Of a stretch of DNA of 64,000 bases, positions 37,530 to 45,328 are shown piece after piece. The stretch lies in the IMG/VR virus record IMGVR_UViG_3300005805_000050, positions 1 to 64,000 of that record. One strand, 5' to 3'. Below the pieces are notes generated by a model that ran no database searches, was not told where the DNA came from, and worked only from the letters and a program-made list of their open reading frames with translations. Numbering within the stretch: the first letter of the stretch is position 1; every line of letters starts with the position of its first letter. A program made the position numbers and the translations under genes. The DNA comes from a virus.

Positions 37530-39149
37530 ATGGCAACAATATCGTTTTACGGATCTCATAATGCGGCGTATGTAGTAGAGTCAGGGGGCAAAATCTTACT
37601 CGTATTAGAAGCTGAACGTTTCCTGAATTACAAGAATTCGGGCATCGCTCAGTATATGTGTCCGAAATCTACTGAAATTCTGTTTTTAGCGGAGTATATT
37701 CCTAGGTGGATAATGAGGAAACTGAATATCGACGAATTTGAGACTTGTTACTTTTCGAACACCGACGTCATAATGGATGAAAACAGGTTTAATCTACAAA
37801 AGACTATACCAGCAAAAAAATACGTTCAGTGTTTACACCACGAATCCCACGCAGGTGGATCATTTTATCAATCTTCCTTCAAAGAAGCCCTAATATTTTC
37901 ATTTGATGGAGGAGGAAACGATGGAAAGTTTTGTGTATACACGTGTAAGAGAGGCGAGTCTCCAAAACTACTAGAACAAGTACTAAATCCAAAATACAAC
38001 AATCCCCATATTCATTATGATCTAGGATTTCCGTATATGATATTCGCTCATTTCCTAAAAGACATAAAACAAGAGGATTTGGGTATGGGAAATTTAGTAT
38101 ATCCTGGAAAGTTGATGGGCTTATCGTCTTACGGAAACGTGATAGAAGAGTGGTTGCCGCACTTCATAGAATTCTACAAAGACAGTCCAGAGGGTTCTAA
38201 TTATTTGGAAAAAATAACAGCACTAGGAAATAAAATAGACGTTACCTTTGATGCTTCTAACAGGTTAGATGGACAACTAGCTTATGATATAGCCGCTACA
38301 AATCAAAGAGCATTTGAAGATTGCTTTTTAGAGATAGCAAAACCATACATGGAAAAATATCCTAACCTGCCTCTGTGTATCACCGGCGGATGTGGCTTAA
38401 ATATACTATTGAACACCAGATTAGTAAACGAATTCAATAAAGAGGTTCACGTAGGACCAGATCCAAACGATTGCGGTATAGCTTTAGGAATGATGCTAAA
38501 CAGCTTAAAGCCAAATGAAGCATACGATAGCACGTATTCAGGCACAAATCTATTAGATATAGACAGTTTAGGTACATACATACAAAATAGTGCGTTTTAC
38601 ACCAAAACTAGACGTGTTAATATTGAAAAACTTGCTAAAGACATAGAATCAGGTAAGATTATAGGTGTTGCTCGAGATCGCGCAGAACACGGACCTAGGG
38701 CTTTAGGAAATAGAAGCATAATATGTAATCCAATAATATCTAACATGAAAGAGGTGTTAAACGATAAGGTTAAGCACCGAGAGTGGTATAGACCTTTCGC
38801 GCCTGTGGTTAGATTAGAGGATGTAAATAAGTATTTCGAATGGAATAAAGAATCCAAGTGGATGAGTTTTTGTCCACAAGTTAAGGAAGAGTGGAAACTA
38901 AAACTACCATCGATAACGCATGTTGACGGCACAGCAAGGGTGCAAACAGTCACTAAAGAGCAGAACCCGTGGTTGTATGAACTATTGACCGAATTTGAAA
39001 AGCTCACAGGCGTGGGAGTATTATTGAATACATCGTTTAACGTAGACGGAAAACCCATATTGTCTACAATAAAAGACGCTTTCACTATACTAGAAAAAAC
39101 TCAATTAGACGGCTTAGTTATAGAAGAATATTACATAAAGAAAAATTGA
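37530..39149 (+). CDS. O-carbamoyltransferase (NodU/CmcH/TobZ family)
   Basis: SHNAA, EAERF, HHESHA, FDGGGND, GKLMGLSSYG, GGCGLN, PNDCGIALG, EHGPRALGNRSI, KHREWYRPFAP, HVDGTARVQTV, LLNTSFN. Confidence 0.95.
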   Translation: MATISFYGSHNAAYVVESGGKILLVLEAERFLNYKNSGIAQYMCPKSTEILFLAEYIPRWIMRKLNIDEFETCYFSNTDVIMDENRFNLQKTIPAKKYVQCLHHESHAGGSFYQSSFKEALIFSFDGGGNDGKFCVYTCKRGESPKLLEQVLNPKYNNPHIHYDLGFPYMIFAHFLKDIKQEDLGMGNLVYPGKLMGLSSYGNVIEEWLPHFIEFYKDSPEGSNYLEKITALGNKIDVTFDASNRLDGQLAYDIAATNQRAFEDCFLEIAKPYMEKYPNLPLCITGGCGLNILLNTRLVNEFNKEVHVGPDPNDCGIALGMMLNSLKPNEAYDSTYSGTNLLDIDSLGTYIQNSAFYTKTRRVNIEKLAKDIESGKIIGVARDRAEHGPRALGNRSIICNPIISNMKEVLNDKVKHREWYRPFAPVVRLEDVNKYFEWNKESKWMSFCPQVKEEWKLKLPSITHVDGTARVQTVTKEQNPWLYELLTEFEKLTGVGVLLNTSFNVDGKPILSTIKDAFTILEKTQLDGLVIEEYYIKKN

Positions 39150-39150
39150 T

Positions 39151-40962
39151 ATGGCGGATTTAGAAAACATGGATGAAATCTTAAACCTATTGAAGGACCT
39201 GTCCAAAGAAAATTTGGATAGTGTTTTAAGTATGGCTAGATCTCTAAAGAAAAACAAAATGGAAATACAAAACAAGGAACTAACTCTAGTTACGGGATTG
39301 TGGAACATCAATAGACCAGGCCGTGATTTTTCTCACTACATAGAACACTTCAAAAAGTTCTTAGAGATACCTGTCAACATGTTTATATACATACCAAAGG
39401 AATACGAATATTTGGTGTGGGAAAAGAGAGATAGAGAAACCACATATGTAAAAAATTACGAACTACAAGACATAAAATCCTTATACGCTCCGTTCTGGGA
39501 CAAGACTCAGGCAATAAGAACAAATCACGAGTGGTTAAATCAAACCGGGGAGCAAGGTTGGTTAAAGGCTTCTCCACAGGCGGCTTTAGAGTGGTACAAT
39601 CCTATAGTGCAGTCTAAGATGTTTATGCTTAGCGACGCATCCATATGGGATCCGTTCTCCAGTGAGTATTTCTTGTGGTTAGATGCGGGAATTACTAATA
39701 CCGTGTGGGAAAACTATTTCATAAAAGATAGAGTTCTAGACAAGATCAATAAGCATTTGGACACGTTTCTATTCTTATCGTATCCTTATGAAACTAAAGA
39801 TGAGATTCATGGATTTAGAAAATCCGAAATGGATAGAATGTCTGGTAGAGATGTAAAATACGTTTGTAGAGGAGGACTTTTTGGAGGGAGAAAATCTCTT
39901 ATAAGGGATGCAAACGCAGAGTATTACGCTTTACTAGATTCCTCAATATCTAGAGGATTCATGGGAACAGAAGAGAGCATATTCAGCATAATGTCGTATT
40001 TGAACCCCTATAACTATAGGAGATACGAGTTGGATGCTAATGGGCTTATTGTCAAGTATATTCAGAACTTATTACAAGACACCGCAGAACTGTGTCCAAA
40101 ACCAGAACAGAATTATAAAATCAAAAATAACAATCCGCAAATAGCTGGACTCAAAACGTCTTTATACATGCTGACGTTTAATTTTCCTGAACAGGTGGAA
40201 TACACGCTTAATACATTTATGCAAAATTCTGCGGATTGGCTGGGAAAAACCAGGAAGATACTGATAGACAATTCTACTAACGATGAAGCTAGAATTAAAA
40301 ATCGAGAGATTGCCGATAAGTGGGGATTTGAACACATAATAAGAAACGAAAACACTGGCATAAATGGAGGCAGACTATTCGCAGCAGAACACTTCGATGC
40401 CTCCGACTCAGACTACTACTTCTTCTTCGAAGACGACATGGGATTACATCCTAACACCGAAGTGGGATATTGTAGAAACGGTTTTAGAAAGTATGTACCA
40501 AATCTGTACGATAATTTGCATAAGATTATGGTAAGAGAGGGATTTGACTTTCTAAAATTCTCATTTACAGAGGTGTACATGGACAATCACATACAAGTAT
40601 CCTGGTATAACGTGCCTCAAACTGTTAGAACAAGAGATTTCCCAGACTACGATAAGTTACCAATTACGGGCATGGATCCTAATACTCCAAGAACCAAGTT
40701 TGAAAACATAGACGTATTTGATGGATTAGCATACATAACAGGAAATGTGTACTATGCAAACTGGCCAACTATAGTTAGTCGAGAAGGCAACAAAAAGATG
40801 TTCTTGACGACCAAGTGGGAAAAACCTTACGAACAAACTTGGATGTCCTATATGTATCAACAGTACTTAGAAGGAAAAATAAAACCAGCTGTACTCCTAG
40901 CCTCGCCAGTAAATCATAATAGAATATCGCATTACAAACCAGAAGATAGACGAGAGAATTGA
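39151..40962 (+). CDS. HtrL/YibB-like domain fused to a GT-A (GT2-like) domain
   Basis: LTLVTGLWNINR, VQSKMFML, FLWLDAGI, CRGGLFGG, MGTEES; C-terminal LIDNSTN, INGGRLFAAEHF, YYFFFEDDM. Confidence 0.6.
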   Translation: MADLENMDEILNLLKDLSKENLDSVLSMARSLKKNKMEIQNKELTLVTGLWNINRPGRDFSHYIEHFKKFLEIPVNMFIYIPKEYEYLVWEKRDRETTYVKNYELQDIKSLYAPFWDKTQAIRTNHEWLNQTGEQGWLKASPQAALEWYNPIVQSKMFMLSDASIWDPFSSEYFLWLDAGITNTVWENYFIKDRVLDKINKHLDTFLFLSYPYETKDEIHGFRKSEMDRMSGRDVKYVCRGGLFGGRKSLIRDANAEYYALLDSSISRGFMGTEESIFSIMSYLNPYNYRRYELDANGLIVKYIQNLLQDTAELCPKPEQNYKIKNNNPQIAGLKTSLYMLTFNFPEQVEYTLNTFMQNSADWLGKTRKILIDNSTNDEARIKNREIADKWGFEHIIRNENTGINGGRLFAAEHFDASDSDYYFFFEDDMGLHPNTEVGYCRNGFRKYVPNLYDNLHKIMVREGFDFLKFSFTEVYMDNHIQVSWYNVPQTVRTRDFPDYDKLPITGMDPNTPRTKFENIDVFDGLAYITGNVYYANWPTIVSREGNKKMFLTTKWEKPYEQTWMSYMYQQYLEGKIKPAVLLASPVNHNRISHYKPEDRREN

Positions 40963-40979
40963 TTTTGCTAGACTGATCG

Positions 40980-40987
40980 ATATTTAT
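40980..40987 (+). promoter_or_regulatory. ATATTTAT motif (putative late promoter)
   Basis: Intergenic, before ATG 41002. Confidence 0.65.
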
Positions 40988-41001
40988 AAACAAAACACGC
41001 T

Positions 41002-41283
41002 ATGGGATTCATATTCTTTACCGTCTTAGCGATATTCCTCGTAATTGCGGGGGTGTCCTACATATTCTACGTGAGTGACAAGAAAAAAGACGTGGAAATT
41101 CCTCCTGTGTTTGAAAATCCCATCATCATAGATCCTATCATAGAACCTTCACCTAAAGTAGAAACTAAGAAGATAATAGAAACTGTCGGCCTTCTTACTC
41201 AAGAGGATGTCATTGAATTAAAGAAGACGAAACCTGTAAGAAGAAAATCGGCGCCGAAAAAAACATCGAGAAAAAGAAAATAA
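41002..41283 (+). CDS. Small membrane-anchored protein with basic C-terminal tail
   Basis: N-terminal hydrophobic helix; ends KKTKPVRRKSAPKKTSRKRK; ATATTTAT upstream. Confidence 0.6.
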   Translation: MGFIFFTVLAIFLVIAGVSYIFYVSDKKKDVEIPPVFENPIIIDPIIEPSPKVETKKIIETVGLLTQEDVIELKKTKPVRRKSAPKKTSRKRK

Positions 41284-41289
41284 TAAGAA

Positions 41290-41538
41290 ATGTCAGAAGA
41301 GAAAAAAAGGTTATCTGATCACGAGTTACAGCTTGTAAATCTAATCAGACAAGATAGTCTGGAAGTTGCGTCAAGTCTTGGACAGTTGCAATACCAATAC
41401 ACTATAATCGAAGACCAGATTCAAAAACTAAAGAAGCAAGTTATAGACATTAAGACCAGAGAGTCCTCTCTATTAAAAGAATTACAGGATAAGTATGGAA
41501 ACGTTACGATAAATATTGAAACTGGAGAAATCGAATAG
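41290..41538 (+). CDS. Small coiled-coil hypothetical protein
   Basis: 82 aa heptad pattern ending KYGNVTINIETGEIE. Confidence 0.6.
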   Translation: MSEEKKRLSDHELQLVNLIRQDSLEVASSLGQLQYQYTIIEDQIQKLKKQVIDIKTRESSLLKELQDKYGNVTINIETGEIE

Positions 41539-41559
41539 TTTGTTTTGACCGAAAATAAC

Positions 41560-41567
41560 ATATTTAT
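41560..41567 (+). promoter_or_regulatory. ATATTTAT motif (putative late promoter)
   Basis: Before the sheath gene. Confidence 0.65.
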
Positions 41568-41591
41568 TGCTAGAATAAACTATACACACAG

Positions 41592-43385
41592 ATGGCTTCA
41601 GAAACCTTGATTTCACCCGGCGTTTTTCTACAAGAAAACGATTTATCACAAATAACACAAGGACCTATAGAGGTCGGTGCCGCACTTATCGGTCCGACTG
41701 TCTCTGGTCCAATAACTATTCCCACCGTAGTAACGAGCTATTCGCAGTATAAGTCGATCTTCGGATCTACTTTCATATCTGGAGGCACCTCTCTAGAATA
41801 TCTTACTAGCGTAGCGGCTCTAAACTACTTTGAACAGGGAGGATCATCACTGTTAGTAACTAGAGTTGCCTCTGGATCTTACACATACGCAACATCTTCG
41901 GTGTTTGCGCAGGATGGTACAACTGAGGTGTTTAGACTTGAGACTCTAACGCCTGGTACCATTATGAATAACGCCGCACCCGGCGGAGCTGTAATCAGCG
42001 GATCCCTACCTAGCGGATCCAACGTAAACATCAGATATGAAATCGTCGCATCTAATACAGGATCAGGACTATTCTCATTGATCATAAGAAGGGGCGATGA
42101 CAGCACAGCTAATCCTACGGTATTAGAGACTTGGACTAACTTGTCGTTGGATCCTAACGAACCCAACTACGTTGCTTTTGTTCTAGGCGACCAATCTCGC
42201 AATGCGCAAGCAGACGAAAACGGTAGCTATTACGTACAAACTACAGGTTCTTACACCAATAACAGCAAATACGTTAGAGTATCAAACGTATACGTTACTA
42301 CTCCTAACTTCTTCAATAACAACGGAATCGCTAAGGCTTCATACACGGCTTCAATACCTTTACTAGGATCTGGATCTAAGCACGGAGCTTTTGGTGGTGC
42401 TCAAGGCGCTCTATACGGAGGTCAATTGGCCGATGGTACTACCACCGCCCCGTTGAATATGTGTGAGGCCATACCGAACACAACCTCTAACACAGTCGCA
42501 GAAAACATACAGGGTATTGTGGCAATCGAGGCATCTGGAATGAGTTCTTATGACATAGCAATAAACATGCTATCAAACAGAGACGCATATAGATACAATG
42601 TACTTTACGCGCCTGGACTAACGTCTCAGAACTCTCCTTCCCAAATAACTAACATACTCCAAACTGCATCAAACAGGGGAGACGCCATCGCGGTAGTAGA
42701 CATGGTTGGATATGCTCAAAGCAAGACACAAGCAGTCACGCAAGCAAACAACTACGATAACTCCTACGGCGCAACATACTGGCCCTGGGTACAAATCAGA
42801 AGCCGTGAGACAGGTAAGATTAACTTCATACCTCCGTCTACAATTATACCGGCTATATATGAGTATAACGATAAGGTGTCCGCAGAGTGGTTCGCTCCCG
42901 CCGGTCTTAATAGAGGAGCTCTCGCAACTGTATTACAACCCGAGCGTAGAGTTAGCGTCACAGACAGAAACTTCTTGTATCAAGGCAAAGTGAATCCGAT
43001 AGCGGTATTCCCCGGAGTTGGTACAGTTGTATACGGTCAGAAGACTTTACAAACCAAAGCCTCTGCTCTAGATAGAGTGAACGTTCGCAGGCTGCTCATA
43101 TCTCTTAAGAACTATATAGGTCAAATTGGAGAATCTCTGGTATTCGAACCCAATACGCAAATCACGCGCAACAAGTTCCTTAACCAGGTTAATCCTTATC
43201 TAGAGTACGTTCAACAGCGTCAAGGTCTGTACGCCTTCCAAGTAACAATGGATGAAACTAACAACACGCCTGACGTAATCGATAGAAACCAACTGGTTGG
43301 TACGATATACTTACAGCCTACAAAAGCTGCCGAATTTATCTACCTGAACTTCAATGTTCTGCCCACTGGCGCCACCTTCTCCTAA
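41592..43385 (+). CDS. Tail sheath protein (gp18-like)
   Basis: ISPGVFLQEND, WFAPAGLNRG, YGQKTLQ, LDRVNVRRLLI, FEPN, IYLQPTKAAEFIYLNF. Confidence 0.95.
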   Translation: MASETLISPGVFLQENDLSQITQGPIEVGAALIGPTVSGPITIPTVVTSYSQYKSIFGSTFISGGTSLEYLTSVAALNYFEQGGSSLLVTRVASGSYTYATSSVFAQDGTTEVFRLETLTPGTIMNNAAPGGAVISGSLPSGSNVNIRYEIVASNTGSGLFSLIIRRGDDSTANPTVLETWTNLSLDPNEPNYVAFVLGDQSRNAQADENGSYYVQTTGSYTNNSKYVRVSNVYVTTPNFFNNNGIAKASYTASIPLLGSGSKHGAFGGAQGALYGGQLADGTTTAPLNMCEAIPNTTSNTVAENIQGIVAIEASGMSSYDIAINMLSNRDAYRYNVLYAPGLTSQNSPSQITNILQTASNRGDAIAVVDMVGYAQSKTQAVTQANNYDNSYGATYWPWVQIRSRETGKINFIPPSTIIPAIYEYNDKVSAEWFAPAGLNRGALATVLQPERRVSVTDRNFLYQGKVNPIAVFPGVGTVVYGQKTLQTKASALDRVNVRRLLISLKNYIGQIGESLVFEPNTQITRNKFLNQVNPYLEYVQQRQGLYAFQVTMDETNNTPDVIDRNQLVGTIYLQPTKAAEFIYLNFNVLPTGATFS

Positions 43386-43405
43386 TACTATAAACAAACG
43401 ATAAG

Positions 43406-43546
43406 ATGAAAAAAATTAGTAACATCAATGACAATACAGTATTAAGGGTGAGAATTCCCAAAGCTCTTTACGAAAGCATTAAGAAAAAGCTCGCTCTAAA
43501 AGAAGGTAAGGTTGGCAAAAAGGTTGATAAAAAGAAGTTGAAATAA
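43406..43546 (+). CDS. Small basic protein, 46 aa, with ribbon-helix-helix-like segment (not in ORF track)
   Basis: MKKISNINDNTVLRVRIPKALYESIKKKLALKEGKVGKKVDKKKLK fills the sheath-tube gap. Confidence 0.6.
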   Translation: MKKISNINDNTVLRVRIPKALYESIKKKLALKEGKVGKKVDKKKLK

Positions 43547-43561
43547 GAAAGAGGTTTACGC

Positions 43562-43569
43562 ATATTTAT
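43562..43569 (+). promoter_or_regulatory. ATATTTAT motif (putative late promoter)
   Basis: Before the tube gene. Confidence 0.65.
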
Positions 43570-43595
43570 AACTGAAAACATAAACTTGAAATAAA

Positions 43596-44081
43596 ATGCC
43601 AGTATTAGATCCCTCAGAAATAATGTTTACCGCGTTCGAACCGATTGTTCAGAACCGGTTCGTATTCTACATCGATGGTATCCCTTCCTTCATTATAAAG
43701 AAAGCTGATGCTCCAGGCGTAGAACAGGGGGAAATCAAGATCGACCACATCAACGTGTATCGTAAGATCAAAGGCAAAGCGATGTGGAGAGATTTAGCCC
43801 TTTCACTGTACAACCCCGTAACTCCTTCCGGCCAACAGGCTGTGATGGAATGGGTGCGCTTACATCACGAATCAGTAACAGGCCGCGATGGTTACTCAGA
43901 CTTCTATAAGAAGGACTGCAGCATGAATATCCTCGGTCCTGTCGGTGATATAGTATCCGAGTGGATCATCAAAGGCGCTTTCATCAAGACTACCAACTTC
44001 GGTAGCTACGATTGGTCCAACACAGAAGCTTCCGTTCTGGAATTGACTCTTGGCATGGACTACTGCATACTGAACTTCTAA
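43596..44081 (+). CDS. Tail tube protein (gp19-like)
   Basis: FEPIVQNRF, WVRLHHESVTGRDGYSDFYKKD, EWIIKGAF, LTLGMDYCILNF. Confidence 0.9.
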   Translation: MPVLDPSEIMFTAFEPIVQNRFVFYIDGIPSFIIKKADAPGVEQGEIKIDHINVYRKIKGKAMWRDLALSLYNPVTPSGQQAVMEWVRLHHESVTGRDGYSDFYKKDCSMNILGPVGDIVSEWIIKGAFIKTTNFGSYDWSNTEASVLELTLGMDYCILNF

Positions 44082-44102
44082 TCATAACACGATTAAAAAG
44101 AG

Positions 44103-44132
44103 AAGCCCCGCAAAAAACGGGGCTTTTTTATT
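44103..44132 (+). terminator. Intrinsic terminator after tail tube gene
   Basis: AAGCCCCG-caaaaaa-CGGGGCTT followed by a T run. Confidence 0.88.
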
Positions 44133-44153
44133 GCGCAAAAAGGTAATACGCCT

Positions 44154-44166
44154 ATATTTATAAATA
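44154..44166 (+). promoter_or_regulatory. ATATTTAT motif overlapping palindrome TATTTATAAATA
   Basis: After the tube terminator, before the gp26-like gene; also contains the T4-type TATAAATA. Confidence 0.65.
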
Positions 44167-44178
44167 AACAAACAATTT

Positions 44179-44943
44179 ATGTCAACAACAAAGTTTACGG
44201 TACCTACAGAGATCATAGATCTGCCCTCAAAAGGCAAATTATACCCCAAAACTAACAACCTAAGTTCTGGATCGGTCGAAATGAAATACATGACCGCTAG
44301 AGAAGAAGACATCTTAACTAATGTAAACCTCCTGCGTCAAGGCATAGCGCTGGAGAAGACATTGAAGGCGTTGATTAGATCTGATATCAATTATGATGAG
44401 CTGCTCATAGGAGACAGGAATGCGCTTCTGGTGGCAGCTAGAATTCTCGCTTACGGAAAAGATTACAATTTCAAACTAGAAAATCCTTCTACTAGAGAAG
44501 AAGAGAACGTGAAATTGGATCTTTCTTCGCTAAAGTACAAGGAGTTAGATTTTGATAAACTAACGGACCTTAACGAGTTTGTATTTGAACTTCCTTACAC
44601 TAAGAACCAAGTCACATACAAAATACTAACAGTGGCCGACGATAAGCAAATGGATCTTGAGATGAAAAATCTAAAGAAGACCCTAAACACAGAAGTTGGT
44701 GCTACGTCTACAAAACTAAAGTATCAAATCACCTCTGTAAACGGAGATAGAACCGTAAAAGCTATTAGAGAGTTCGTAGACGGTGGATACCTCTTGTCCA
44801 GAGACGCAATTGCGCTGAGGCAAGACATATTCAAGAATACGCCCGATATCGACCTAAAAACCACTGTGGTGTTTAAGGACGGAACAGAGCAAGAGATGGA
44901 CATTCCAATAACAGCTCAGTTCTTCTTCCCAGGCAACGAATAA
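44179..44943 (+). CDS. Baseplate hub assembly / tail chaperone protein (gp26-like)
   Basis: PTEIIDLPSKGKLYP, EMKYMTAREEDILT, GDRNALLVAARILAYG, ending QFFFP. Confidence 0.75.
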   Translation: MSTTKFTVPTEIIDLPSKGKLYPKTNNLSSGSVEMKYMTAREEDILTNVNLLRQGIALEKTLKALIRSDINYDELLIGDRNALLVAARILAYGKDYNFKLENPSTREEENVKLDLSSLKYKELDFDKLTDLNEFVFELPYTKNQVTYKILTVADDKQMDLEMKNLKKTLNTEVGATSTKLKYQITSVNGDRTVKAIREFVDGGYLLSRDAIALRQDIFKNTPDIDLKTTVVFKDGTEQEMDIPITAQFFFPGNE

Positions 44944-44949
44944 CTACAC

Positions 44950-45294
44950 ATGAAGGGGTTTTATTACGAAACCTCTCCCCTGTTTCCAGGACCGGAATAC
45001 AGATCTTCATTCATGACCGAGTGCTTTGAATTGGTATACCACGGTCAGGGAGGTTTTACTTGGTCTGAGGTGTGGAATATGCCTGTTCCTCACCGAAGAT
45101 TCAACATTAAAAAGATACAGGAATTCTTAGAGATGAAGGCAGAGGCGCAAAACAAGTCTCAGCAACAAGTAACTGCGAAAAGTGATTTCTCTAAAATGGT
45201 TCCCCCTGAGGTGAGAAAAATAGCACAGAACCGCCCACAAGACCAACAATATATAACAAAGGCGAATAGCAGTAAGTCGGCCAAAAAGCCATAA
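44950..45294 (+). CDS. Baseplate hub assembly catalyst (gp51-like)
   Basis: LVYHGQGGFTWSEVWNMPV; lies between the gp26-like gene and the tape measure. Confidence 0.6.
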   Translation: MKGFYYETSPLFPGPEYRSSFMTECFELVYHGQGGFTWSEVWNMPVPHRRFNIKKIQEFLEMKAEAQNKSQQQVTAKSDFSKMVPPEVRKIAQNRPQDQQYITKANSSKSAKKP

Positions 45295-45300
45295 GGGTCC

Positions 45301-45308
45301 ATATTTAT
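45301..45308 (+). promoter_or_regulatory. ATATTTAT motif (putative late promoter)
   Basis: Before the tape measure gene. Confidence 0.65.
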
Positions 45309-45328
45309 CTTTATAAAACAGACTAGAA

